This document shows positions 29,647-40,854 of a stretch of DNA of 64,000 nucleotides, piece after piece (within the stretch, counting starts at the first letter, position 1; each line of letters opens with the position of its first letter). Source of the DNA: an uncultured Gemmataceae bacterium (lineage in GTDB: Bacteria; Planctomycetota; Planctomycetia; Gemmatales; Gemmataceae). Location of the stretch: assembly GCA_963750165.1 (NCBI GenBank), contig CAVVPN010000011.1:352001-416000 (forward strand), written 5' to 3'. The notes below the pieces were generated by a model. It worked only from the letters and a program-made list of their open reading frames with translations. It did no database searches and had not been told where the DNA came from. The position numbers were made by a program, and so were the translations under genes.

Positions 29647-32600
29647 GTGCTCGCGCGCTTTTTCATCGACCGGCCCATTTTCGCCTGGGTCATTTCCATC
29701 GTCATCGTCCTGGCCGGCCTCATCGCCTACCTCATCCTGCCGATTGCCCAGTATCCGAACATCACGCCGCCCACCGTCCAGGTCACCTGCAACTTCCCTG
29801 GCGCCAACTCGCAGGTGGTCGCCGACACCGTGGCCGCACCCATCGAGCAGCAGGTCAACGGCGTCGAGAACATGCTCTACATGTCCTCCACCAGTGCCAA
29901 TGACGGCACCTACACACTGGTCGTTACGTTCGAGCTGGGCACCGACCTGAACATGGCCCAGGTGCTCGTGCAGAACCGCGTCTCGCAGGCGCTGCCCAAG
30001 TTGCCGTCGGAGGTCCAGAACACCGGCGTCACCGTCAAGAAGCAGTCGCCTGCCATCCTCCTGGTCGTCAACCTGTACTCGGAGGACAACCAGGTCACCG
30101 GCAAGCCGTACCACGAACAGCTCGACCTGAGCAACTACGCCACCATCCAGGTCAAGGACGAACTGGCCCGCCTCAAGGGCGTCGGCGACATCAGCCTGCT
30201 CGGCCAGCAGGACTACAGCATGCGCGTCTGGCTCGACCCGGAACGCCTGGCCAAACTCGACCTGACGGCCGGCGAGGTCATCTCGGCACTACGCGAGCAG
30301 AACGTGCAGGTGGCCGCCGGCCAAATCGGTCAGCAGCCCGTGCCGAAGGGCCAGGATTTTCAATATTCCATGAGCACCCTGGGCCGTCTGCTGGAAGAAC
30401 AGCAGTTCGCCGACATCATCATCAAGACCGGCAACGACGGCCGCATCACCCGTCTCAAGGACGTGACCGGGGATCCGACGCTCAAGAACAAGAAGGCGAG
30501 CATCGAACTGGGGGCGCAGAGCATGAACACGCGCTGCCGGCTGGACGGCAAGCCGTCGGTCGGCCTGGCGGTCTTCCAGCTGCCCGGCTCCAACGCCCTG
30601 CAGACTGGCGACCGCATCAAGAAACGCATGAAGGAGCTGGCGCCGAGCTTCCCCGAGGGCATGAAGTACACCATCGTCTACGACACCACGCCGTTCATCG
30701 AGGAGTCGGTGCATGAGGTGCTCAAGACGTTGGGCGAGGCCATCGTGCTGGTGGTGATCGTGGTGCTGTTCTTCCTGCAGGACTGGAAGGCGGTCATTCT
30801 GCCAACGATCGACGTGATCGTATCGCTGGTCGGCACGCTGGCGGTCATGCTCGTGATGGGCTTTTCGCTGAACAACCTGACGCTGTTCGGCCTGGTATTA
30901 GCCATCGGTATTGTCGTCGATGACGCCATCGTCGTGCTGGAGAACATCGAGCGCTGGATCGCCAAGGGGCTGAAGGTGCGCGACGCCACCATTCACGCCA
31001 TGGCCGAAATCACCGGGCCGATCATCGCCATCACGCTGGTGCTGTCGTCGGTGTTCCTGCCGAGCGCCTTCCTGGGCGGCATCACTGGTCAGTTCTACCG
31101 GCAGTTTGCGCTGACGATTTCCGTGTCGATGCTGATCTCGGCCATCAACGCCATGACCATGACGCCCGCCCGCGCCGGCAGCATCTTCAAGGACCCCAAA
31201 CCCGGTGAGCACGCCCACCACGCGAAGGAGGCGCTGCCCTGGTGGATCTTCGGCGTACCGGGCGGCATGCTGACGAACTGGCTGCTGGGGCAGGCGTTCG
31301 GTGAGGCACTCGGGCTGCCCACCGGTGAGCACGCCGAGAAGGCGGCCTCGCTGGCCGAGGGCCTGCGCCGTGGTGCCGTCAACGTGGCGCTGTTCCTGCC
31401 CGGGGCGGTGGTCGGGGCCGGCATCGGTTACGTCATCATCCGGCCGGTGAACTACGTGCTCGGCGTCTTTTTCCGGGGCTTCAACTGGATCTTCGACCGC
31501 ATCACCGACGCTTACGGCATGCTGATCGGGCGGTTGGTGCGGCTCAGCTTCATGGTGCTGTTCGTCTACGTCGGCTTGCTGGCGCTGACCGGCTGGAGCT
31601 TCACGCAGGTGCCGACCGGCTTCATCCCCATGCAGGATCAGGGCTACCTGGTGGTGGACATGCAGCTGCCCGACTCGGCGTCGCTGGAGCGCACGGTCGA
31701 GCTGACCGAGAAGATTGAGAAGATCGCGCGGGAGACAGAGGGGGTAGCCCACACCGTAGCGGTGCCGGGGCAGACGTTCGTGCTCAATGCCATCAGCTCG
31801 AACTACGGCGGCATGTTCATCGTGCTCAAGCCGTTTCACGAGCGCCTCCACGGCCCCAGCGCGGACGAGGTGATGACGCAGATTCGGCGGCGCGTCAAGC
31901 GGGAGATTCAGGAGGGCCGGGTGTCGGTGTTCGGGGCGCCGCCGATCCAGGGCCTGGGCAACACGGGCGGCTACAAACTGATGGTGGAGGACCGCAGCGA
32001 CCAGGGTTACGCACAACTGCAAGGCCAGGCGGATGCCCTGGCGGAGCGGGCCAACAAGCAACCGGGACTGGTCGGCGTCTTCAACACCTTCCGCGCCAGC
32101 ACCCCACAGCTCTACGTGGATGTGGACCGCACCAAATGCAAGACGCTGGGCGTGCAGCTCAGCGACGTGTTCCAGACGTTGCAGGTCTTCCTGGGCGGTT
32201 ATTACGTCAACGATTTCAACAAGTTTGGCCGCACCTGGCAGGTGAACGTGCAGGCGGAGGCGTCGTATCGGCTGACGCCGGACAAGATCAAGCTGTTTCA
32301 GGTGCGTAATCGCGATGGCCAGATGGTGCCGCTGGGTTCGCTGCTCAGGGTGATCGACTCCAGCGGGCCGGTGATCGTCAACCGCTACAACCTGTACCCG
32401 GCCGCGGCGATCAACGCCGGCTCAAAGCCCGGCGTCGCCAGCGGCACGGCGATGGAGGAACTGGAGGAGGTCGCCAAAAAGTTGCCGCGCGGCATGAAGT
32501 CGGAGTGGACGGAGCTGTCGTACTTGCAGAAGCAGTCGATGCAGGTGGAGTCGTTCCAGGACCTGATGCAGAACCCGATGACAGCGTTCGTCGGCGCGGT

Positions 32601-33186
32601 GGTGCTGGTGTTCCTGGTGCTGGCCGCCCAGTACGAGAGCTGGTCGCTGCCGTTTTCGATCATCCTGGTGGTGCCGATGTGTCTGTTGTGCGCGGTCACC
32701 GGCATTGCCATCGCGCGCATGGACCTCAACATCTTCGTGCAGATCGGCTTCATTGTGCTGGTGGGTTTAGCGTGCAAGAACGCGATCCTGATTGTCCAGT
32801 TCGCGCAGGATCTGCGCCGCGAGGAGGGGCTGTCCATCTACGCGGCGGCGGTGAAGGCATGCACGGTGCGGCTGCGGCCGATTGTGATGACATCGTTCGC
32901 GTTCATCCTGGGGGTGTATCCGCTGGTGGTGGGCACGGGGGCCGGGGCAGAGATGCGGCGGACGCTGGGCACGGCGGTGTTCAGCGGCATGATCGGCGTG
33001 ACGTTTTTCGGGCTGATCCTAACGCCGGTGTTCTACTACGTGGTGGAGCGCTACCTGGTCGGCGAGCATGCGACGGCGGCGAAACCACCGGCGCCTGAGC
33101 CAGCCCTGGGGAATGGCGCGGCGGCCCTGGTAACGCCGCCGCCCGCGACGAGCATTGAGGCGCATGACAAGCCGGTGGGCAGCTAG
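29647..33186 (+). CDS. RND efflux permease (AcrB/MexF, HAE1 family)
   Basis: FFIDRPIFAWV, VAAPIEQQVNGVENM, GIVVDDAIVVLEN, GLACKNAILIV, RLRPIVMTS. Confidence 0.95.
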   Translation: MLARFFIDRPIFAWVISIVIVLAGLIAYLILPIAQYPNITPPTVQVTCNFPGANSQVVADTVAAPIEQQVNGVENMLYMSSTSANDGTYTLVVTFELGTDLNMAQVLVQNRVSQALPKLPSEVQNTGVTVKKQSPAILLVVNLYSEDNQVTGKPYHEQLDLSNYATIQVKDELARLKGVGDISLLGQQDYSMRVWLDPERLAKLDLTAGEVISALREQNVQVAAGQIGQQPVPKGQDFQYSMSTLGRLLEEQQFADIIIKTGNDGRITRLKDVTGDPTLKNKKASIELGAQSMNTRCRLDGKPSVGLAVFQLPGSNALQTGDRIKKRMKELAPSFPEGMKYTIVYDTTPFIEESVHEVLKTLGEAIVLVVIVVLFFLQDWKAVILPTIDVIVSLVGTLAVMLVMGFSLNNLTLFGLVLAIGIVVDDAIVVLENIERWIAKGLKVRDATIHAMAEITGPIIAITLVLSSVFLPSAFLGGITGQFYRQFALTISVSMLISAINAMTMTPARAGSIFKDPKPGEHAHHAKEALPWWIFGVPGGMLTNWLLGQAFGEALGLPTGEHAEKAASLAEGLRRGAVNVALFLPGAVVGAGIGYVIIRPVNYVLGVFFRGFNWIFDRITDAYGMLIGRLVRLSFMVLFVYVGLLALTGWSFTQVPTGFIPMQDQGYLVVDMQLPDSASLERTVELTEKIEKIARETEGVAHTVAVPGQTFVLNAISSNYGGMFIVLKPFHERLHGPSADEVMTQIRRRVKREIQEGRVSVFGAPPIQGLGNTGGYKLMVEDRSDQGYAQLQGQADALAERANKQPGLVGVFNTFRASTPQLYVDVDRTKCKTLGVQLSDVFQTLQVFLGGYYVNDFNKFGRTWQVNVQAEASYRLTPDKIKLFQVRNRDGQMVPLGSLLRVIDSSGPVIVNRYNLYPAAAINAGSKPGVASGTAMEELEEVAKKLPRGMKSEWTELSYLQKQSMQVESFQDLMQNPMTAFVGAVVLVFLVLAAQYESWSLPFSIILVVPMCLLCAVTGIAIARMDLNIFVQIGFIVLVGLACKNAILIVQFAQDLRREEGLSIYAAAVKACTVRLRPIVMTSFAFILGVYPLVVGTGAGAEMRRTLGTAVFSGMIGVTFFGLILTPVFYYVVERYLVGEHATAAKPPAPEPALGNGAAALVTPPPATSIEAHDKPVGS

Positions 33187-33189
33187 GTG

Positions 33190-33448
33190 ACTGTCCCATC
33201 AGTCGGATTATGGGCCAACGTCTCGGCCATCGCGGTTTCCGGCGTCAAGGATGCGTAAGCCACGGCGATGCCGAGCGGATTCCACCGACCGCCGTTGCGT
33301 CTGCGCCCTTCCCCCTCAGCAGATCCGACTCGTTGGCATACCTGGGCGTACTCGACCGATAGACGGTCTCTGCGAAGGCTGCCGCCGAGGGTAACAGCCG
33401 CGTCAAGCCAGTTTTTAGGTGTTCGAGGGTCGGTCCCGAAGATGCCAT
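33190..33448 (-). pseudogene. Truncated, frameshifted RES-domain toxin fragment
   Basis: VYRSSTPRYA..DLL.G then a frameshift into GGRWNP.G..VAYASLTPETAMAE; ends against the convergent RND stop. Confidence 0.7.
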
Positions 33449-33498
33449 GAATCACCCATACAGTCACAAGGGCGCGCCGCGACCGTGCTGGCATCCGC

Positions 33499-36400
33499 TC
33501 AGCGCCAGCCCTTGATCTCCTCGAAGACGCGCAGCACATCGTTGCGCCGCTTCTCGAACAGCGCGAACAGCGTCAGGATGGCGGCGCCCAGGACGATGCC
33601 CGAGGCCCACCACACCCACGTCTGCTCGCGGTCCACCGCCGCGTGCCAGATTTGCGAGAACACTACCAGGCACAGGAACGCCACGCCCAGCAGCAGGAAC
33701 GCCCGCACCCGCAGCAGGATGCCGACCAGCACGCCGGCAACCGACAGCACCGCCAGGATCACCGGCAGTACCACCGAGTTGCCCAGCCTCGTGATGAACA
33801 GGTCCGCCGTCGAGGACAGGTAGATCAGCAGCAGCCCGAGGTAACGCACCGCCTGAGACTGGGCCTCCGTCAGCCGATCACGGTTGAGATGCTCGGCGGT
33901 CAGCACGATCAGCCCGAGCGGCACCAGCCAGAGCTGCGGGTGCAGCACGAACGCCAGGCCCTCGCTGTGGCCGTAGATCACCCACAGGCCGAAGTTGGCC
34001 GCCAGCGCCGCCAGCAGCGCGAACACCGATGAACGCCGCAGCACCGCCACGAACACGTACAGCAGCCCGAGCAGGAACCACAGCAGAGCATGTAGCCCAA
34101 AATTCTGGTGCAACCGTTCGAGGTGGCGGTAGAACAGGTCGAAACCCGGGATGACATTGCCCACGAGGTCCAGGCCAGGCAGCGGCTGGATCAGGAACGC
34201 AAGCAGCGGCACCAGCGGTAGGAATAGACCCGTCTGTTGCAGCGGCCCGGCCAATACCGGCAGGCCGCGCCGCCGGCACAGCTCGGCCAGGCCGACGCCG
34301 CCGAAGCCCACCGCCATCAGCACCAGTGTCCAGTACTGGCCGATGCTCGGCAGCAGATACGGGATGCTCAGGCGCACATGGACCAGCAGCAGCACCAACA
34401 ACACCTCCGCCGCGTAGACGCAGCCCATGCGACCGCGTTCACGCAGGCCGAACGGCTCGGGGCGGCGTGTCAGGGCCGTCCACAGGCAGCCGACCAGGAC
34501 ACCCGCCAGCAGGGCCGTCACCAGCAACACGCCCGGCCACGCCAGGGGCACACGCCGCACCGCCCGGTCGTACAGCAGGAACTCCTGCACCAGCACCACG
34601 GCCAGGACGCCCAGGGCCAGGGTCGTGAGCACTGGTCCCTGTCGTCGGGCACTGGCCGCCCAGGCGCCATCGCGGTTCAGGTAGCCGGCCAGGTTCGAGC
34701 GGTACAGCGGCACGGCCACGGTCAGGACGGCGAGCAGTATCACGTTGCGGTGCAGCCATGGCACCGGTACGTCCGCACCGAGCCAGGCCCAGCCCAGCTC
34801 CAGGGCGGCGAGCAGGGCCAGTGTCAGAGTGACCTGACGCGGCACTTCCGAGTCCGGGAGCGGGGCACCGTCCCGGGAAAGTGTTTGCCAGTATCCCGTC
34901 ATCGTGAGACAGGCCAGGGTCAGGAGGGCGACCGCGGCGGGGCCGGCGAGGCGCTCCACCGTCGTCGGGAAGTCCAGGCACAGCCACACACTCAGGCCGA
35001 GGGTCAGCAGGCCGAGTAGTGTCTGAGACGGGACGAACCAGGGGACGAGTCCGTTGTCGGGTCGGGTGGGGATTCGGAGCGACCGCCACAGCGGGGCGGC
35101 GTGCGGGGCCACGGCGGCGGCCGCGGCGAAGACGGCCAGGGAGCCGGCCAGGGACGGCGTCGCCACCAGGGATAGATCGCGCGGCGTCAGACTCAGACCG
35201 TGCAGTCCGAGTCCCAGGGCCATCAGTCCGAGGAAGTACAGGGCGGCCACGGGCAGGCCCCAACGTTCCGCCTCAGAATCCCAGAAGCACAGGATCACCG
35301 CGGCCACAGTCGCCGTCAGCGCTGCCCAGGCCAGTGGTCTGCTCATGCGAATGGCGATGCCGGTCAGGTCGCCGACCAGTCCGAGCAGGATCATCAGCCC
35401 CAGTAAATGGACGGCCGCCAGCGCCGCGGCGTGAGCGAAGGGCAGCCAGCGGCCGCGCAGGTCGATGGGCGGTTCCAGGCGGCGCAGCCGCAGTTCCAGA
35501 AACAACCAGCACGCCGATGCCACGGCGAAGCAAAGCACTTGCAAGAGCACTTGCAGGATTACGAAGCGGTCGAACAGGTTGGATTGCCAGGGGGGCACTT
35601 CCATCTCGGAGGATCGGATCTGCTGCCAATATTGCCAAAGCGTGAAGCCGGCGACGTTGACCAGCAGGCCCGAGGCATAGACCAGTCCCGGGCGGCGCGA
35701 CCATACCGCGTCCACCCCGAGAAGCACGACCACTGTCAGCACCACCCCGGACCAGTACGGTCGCGCCGGGTCCGCCGTGGCTCCGCCCACCGCCAGTAGC
35801 ACCACCAGCGCCCCCAGGCCCTCTGCCCAGGAGCACGTCGGCACCATCGGGAGGTAGCGGCGCAGGGTGGTCCACATGCGCAGGTCCCGGGAGGCCGCCC
35901 AGCCACACGCCAGCAGGGAGAAGCTCGCCGCCGCCCACGTCAGAGTCAGGGTGTGGACCGCCAGCCAACCGTCCGCGTCCCACGGCGCGACAGCACAGGC
36001 CGTCAGGACGCCGAGCAGGAAGCCGCCCAGGCCCAGAACGTGGACGGATTCTTGTGCGCGACCGGCCAGGCGCAGCCACCACACGTACAGGGCAATCGTG
36101 CCGAGCAGTCCGACCCAGCCGAGCAGGTGACCGGCCTGAGTCACGAACTCCGGCACAGGCGTTGTCGGAAAGTTGACGGGACGCGCCAGCAGTGCCAGCA
36201 GCGCGAACAATCCGATGCCGAGACAGCCGATCAAACTGAGCGTCGGCTGCCACACAATCAGCGTCAGCCGCCGCCAGCGGCCGAGGCTTAGCCAGATGAG
36301 GCCCCAGCCCGCCGCGGCCAGGACGCCGAGTTGCATCAGGAACGCCGCCTCCGCGCCGGCGATGCGGCCGCCGCCAGTCACCACGCCGAGGGCGTAGCCG

Positions 36401-39400
36401 CCCATCAGCGTCACCGTGAGCAGATGGCCGGCCCCGGCGATGTAGCCGGCCTCGTCCTCGCGGGCACCATGGCCGACCAGTCCCAGGGCCAGCAACAACA
36501 GCGGCACCACCACGGACACGGTCCAGCCCATCTGGTCAAACACCGAGTCCTCGAGCGGCCCCACCGGCGGCCGTCCCGAGAACCCCGCAATCGCCACCCA
36601 GCTCGTGAGGAGCAGGACCGGTAACAGCGTCCCCAGGAGCAGGCCGCCCCGTAGCCACTGCGACAGGACGTTCGCCGCCTCCGGGCCGGGAATGCCCAGG
36701 CGGCTCAGCCCATGTTCCAGGGGACGGCGCAGCCACAGCAGCACCGAGTATCCCAGGAAGGCCAGCGCCAGGCCCCAGCGCAACGCCGACGCCACGGCAC
36801 GCTCGTCGTGGAACGCATAGGCGGCCAACACTGGCAGTGTCAGCCCAAGTGTCAGCCAGCCGAAGGCCGACTCCCGGGGCCAGCCTTCCCACAGGCTCAT
36901 GGTCAGTGACAGGCCCAGGACACTCAGGGTGAGCCAGGCCCAACCTGGGTCAAAGTCCCCGATCCCGACCTTGACTTCAGGCAGAGGACTCGGCCAGTGT
37001 TCGCGGTTGATCCCGGGCAGGACGGCCCAGACACACAGCAACAGCTGGACGACGAGCACCCCAGCGAACACGGCCCGATCAACGGTCCAGTCTCCCGGGT
37101 CTAGCAAGTCCCGGAAACGGGAGCGTGGGCGCGTGGACCGGCGCACCGCCGCCCAGGCGAGGGAGAGCACGGACAGGCCGAGGGTGTACGCCTGGAGGCT
37201 AAGCGGCCGGGAGAGTCCGCGGAGTGTCTCCATCACCCACGATTGCTCGCCGAGCCAGGCACTGATGCCGAGGACCACCGCCACGGTGAGGGCGCCCTGG
37301 AAGATCTGGAACAACGGCGGCCAGTCCCGGAACCAGGCTGTCGCCAACCACAGTCCCGCCAGCCACAGGGCACACAGCGAACACGCCGGCAACCAGTCCC
37401 ACTCCAGCGTGACCGGTAGCGTCACGGCCGCCAGGACCGACAGGGCCAGTCCCGCCTCCAGGAACGTCGCGGCGAACACCGAGTCTCGGTCGGCCAAGGT
37501 TCGCCCCAGGAAAAAGCTCAGGCCCAGCAACCAGGTGGCCTCGATCAGCAGCGCGAGCAGGATGAGACGCGGCAGACTTATGTTCGGGTCGGCCCATACC
37601 AGGGTGAAGCCGGTCGCACCCAGGAGGACCGCGGCCCCGACGCGGCAGACGGCGGCGTCGCGCCAGCGCAGGTTCAACAGCAGACAGCCGACGCCACCCA
37701 CTCCGAAAACCAGCGCCGCCAATCCGGGCTCAGTGTCGCCGACACGGCCGGTCAGGAGCAGCGCCAGGCCGGCCGCCGCGCCGCAGCCGAGTGTCTGATA
37801 CAGGCCGTCCGGCCGGCGGCCGCAACGCAGACACAGCTCCGCCGCCAGCGCCAGCACCACCGCCAGGCCCATCAGCAGTCCGCCGCTGGACGGGCCCGCG
37901 GCCAGCTGGAGCAAGTGTTCGCCCGCATCAGGGCCAGCGGCCGGCAGGTTGCCCGCCAGGCCGTGGAGCGCCACCAGCGCGGCGACCGCCAGGCACACCA
38001 GCGCCGGGACATGCGCCGGCGGCAGGCGGTATCGCAGCGCCGCCGCGGTGAAGGCCACGGCGTTCACGGCGCCGATCACCAGCAGGCCCTCCGGCCGCGG
38101 CCAGGTCAGCACCAGCGCCCCGAGCATGACCAGCATGCCGGTCAGTGTCGTCACCGTGCCCACCAGGCGCGCGACTGCCGGCGACAGGCCGCGCTGCCCG
38201 GGAGTCTCGGTCGCGGGCTCGGGCGGTGCTTGTTCCAGCAGGCGGTGAACGAGAGCACCGGTGATGAGGATCGGCATGCCCGCGGCGGCCAGCGGCATGG
38301 CCAGGTCCTGCAGCACCGCCAACGGATCGCCGACCCAGTAGGCGAGGAAGCCCAGGGCCACCGCGGTGGTGAATGTGGCCTGACCGAGGTAGAGGAACAG
38401 GGCGTTGGCGGCGGCCCCGTCCAGGCGGTCGCGCCGCGCCAGGGGCAGCAGCACCGCTGCCAGCGCCAGCACCTGGCACGCCACCGGCACGAAGGCCAGC
38501 GCCAACAAGAAACCGTTCTGCTGATCCGGGTCCAGCCAGCGCGGCACCAGGAGCTGGCTACCGGCGCCGCCCAGCACCGCCAGGGTCAGCCAGTGCTCGG
38601 GGCGGCCCAGGGCGCACGGCAGGGCTCCCACCAGCACCCGGGCGGACGCCAGCAGCAACAGGCCGAACATCGCCAGCGAAACGACCTCGATGACCGGCCC
38701 CAGCCAGGCCGGGTCCAGCACCGTGCCGCGCGACAGGCCCGCCACCACGAGGAAATCGAGCGGCGTCAACAGCGTGGCGATGACCAGCAGGCCGCGGCTG
38801 GTGGACTCCAGCTTCCAGTGATTCAGCGTGTAGTGCCCGGCTCCGAACAGCGCCGCGGTGATGCTTGCGATAATCAGATAGGGAGAGTAGGGAATCTGCT
38901 CCAGGGTCTGCCACAGACTGATGACCAGCGCGATGGAGCAGCCGACGATCAGCAGGCCGCCGACCAGCTCGCCCCAGAGGATGTTGCGTTCCTCCATGAA
39001 GCCCGCCAGCAATTCGCCCAGCGACCGGCGCGGCGCAGCGGGTCGAGCTACGGACGTGGCGGCCGATGCTGGCGTCGCCTCCGCCAGCGACGGCACAAAG
39101 CGCTCGGAGGCGCGGGCCGCGGCGGGTGGCTCCGCGACTGTGTGCTCGGTGGCCCAGTTCGCGAACCACTCGGCCATGCCCGTGTACTTCTCCTCGACGG
39201 CGTAGCGGCTCGCCTCGGCGACCGCTTCCCGCGCCTCCGCGGACTGCGGGTGAGTACGTACCAGGAGCTGATAGATGTGCAGCGCGCGTGTGACCAGCGC
39301 CGCGCTTTTGAGCAGCCGCGCCAGCTTCAGGAGACTGCCCGGCGTCAACCGGGCCAGGTCGTCGGGATGCGCCTGGCGATACCAGGCCAGTGCCTGGCGG

Positions 39401-39903
39401 CGCTGGGCGGGTTCGAGATCGTGGAGGTCCTTGCAGGGCGCGAGCAGCGGCTCCAGCAGTTCCCAAAGGGGCTTCGCTCTCGGCACCGGCGAGCGCCGGG
39501 CGCGGCGGCCGGCTTGAAGACGGGGATGGCGGCAGGCAGCGGTTCGCGGGAAAGCAGCTCCTCCTGGCGGGCCTCCAGCAATCGGTAGATGCGTTCACCG
39601 ATTGCCGGCTCCAGTCCGTAGCGTGCCACCAGCGTCTGCATCTGCTCAGTGGTGATCTCAAGATCGCGCAGTCCACGGGCGACGGCGCCGCGGGTCCAGG
39701 CCGCAAGCAGGGCAAGCCTCGGGCCGCCGGTCGAAGGTGGTGCCGCAGCGGACGCAGGTGCGCTGCGCCGGCTGGGCGTCGGGTGTCGGCTTTTCGGTGA
39801 AGGCGCGGAACACGGCGCCCATCATCAGCCAGAGGCCGTGGCCGAGCAGCGCGAACAGGAAACAGCCCAGGCCGAGCAGTCCGATTGTTGTACACGGTTC
39901 CAT
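33499..39903 (-). CDS. Giant polytopic membrane protein (~2,130 aa) with N-terminal TM and Zn ribbon; frameshifts near 39690 and 39500
   Basis: ORFs 39658-39912 (CVRC..CPAC), 39345-39641 and 33499-39486 join; dozens of hydrophobic helices starting at FMEERNILWGELVGGLLIVG. Confidence 0.8.
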
Positions 39904-40127
39904 GACGCTCACCCCGGGTCAAGCGGGCGCCGGCATCCGGAGTGGAACGGGCGCCCGGGCCATGAGTGTAACACACGCCGCCTGGGCGATCCGCAAGGGA
40001 GAGACAGCCGTTGCCTGTCGCGCGGGTTTTTCTGGCCCAGCAAGAGTTCAGGCACGACAAGGTTGCGGATTATAACGGCGTGGTGCGCACCGGGCTCCGG
40101 GGATGCCGCCGGTGTGAGGTGAGCGGG

Positions 40128-40724
40128 TCAGGGCAGTTCCACCTCCGCCGGTTGCAGCACGAGGTCGTCGTGCCCCCTGGGCGGCGGCGTCAGCTTCAGC
40201 TCCTTGACGCGCCAGCCGGGGTGCATGAGGGTGCCACGGAACGGCGGTTCGCCAGTGACGTTGCCGGTCAGACGCACCGCGGAGGGGTCGAACTCCTTCT
40301 GCACCTCCACCTGCGCGCCTTCCTGGGCGGGAAACACCGCTTCAAGGACGAGGTGATCCTTCAGGGCTTTCTGGCACTTGTTGTGGATGTCGCGGACGCC
40401 GGCGCCGATCTGGGCGTCCGGCACGTCCTTGATGTCTTCCAGCAGGAAGTCCACCAGCCGGCCTTCGCGCTGCAGAATGGCGAGCAGCCACAGCGGGACG
40501 CCGCTGGGCCGGGTGGGTTTGGGCGGCTCCGGCGGCGGCGGCGGCGCCAGCAGCGGCTTGACCTTCTCGGCAAAGGCAGGGTCGCGCAACATGCGGAACG
40601 AGGCACGCATGGTCAGGGCGATGCGCTGCAAATCGCCACCGGCGAGCAGGACCGCCAGGGCCGTCCGTAGCGCCACGACCGCGAGCACCGTGACGATGAT
40701 TACCAGGATTGTTTTATCGTCCAT
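40128..40724 (-). CDS. DUF2760 domain protein
   Basis: N-terminal TM; LQREGRLVDFL, DAQIGAGVRDIH, GEPPFRGTLMHPGW. Confidence 0.85.
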   Translation of the reverse strand: MDDKTILVIIVTVLAVVALRTALAVLLAGGDLQRIALTMRASFRMLRDPAFAEKVKPLLAPPPPPEPPKPTRPSGVPLWLLAILQREGRLVDFLLEDIKDVPDAQIGAGVRDIHNKCQKALKDHLVLEAVFPAQEGAQVEVQKEFDPSAVRLTGNVTGEPPFRGTLMHPGWRVKELKLTPPPRGHDDLVLQPAEVELP

Positions 40725-40744
40725 GGGGTAACTCTCAAAAAGGA

Positions 40745-40842
40745 TTCACCACAGAGAACGCGGAGAGCGCAGAGAAAAGACAAAAGAGTGTTTCGTTCAT
40801 TCTTTGTCTTTTCTCTGCGCTCTCCGCGTTCTCTGTGGTGAA
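40745..40842. repeat. Perfect 40-bp inverted repeat built from 9-mer subunits
   Basis: TTCACCACAGAGAACGCGGAGAGCGCAGAGAAAAGACAAA-N18-exact reverse complement. Confidence 0.9.
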
Positions 40843-40854
40843 AATAAATCACTG

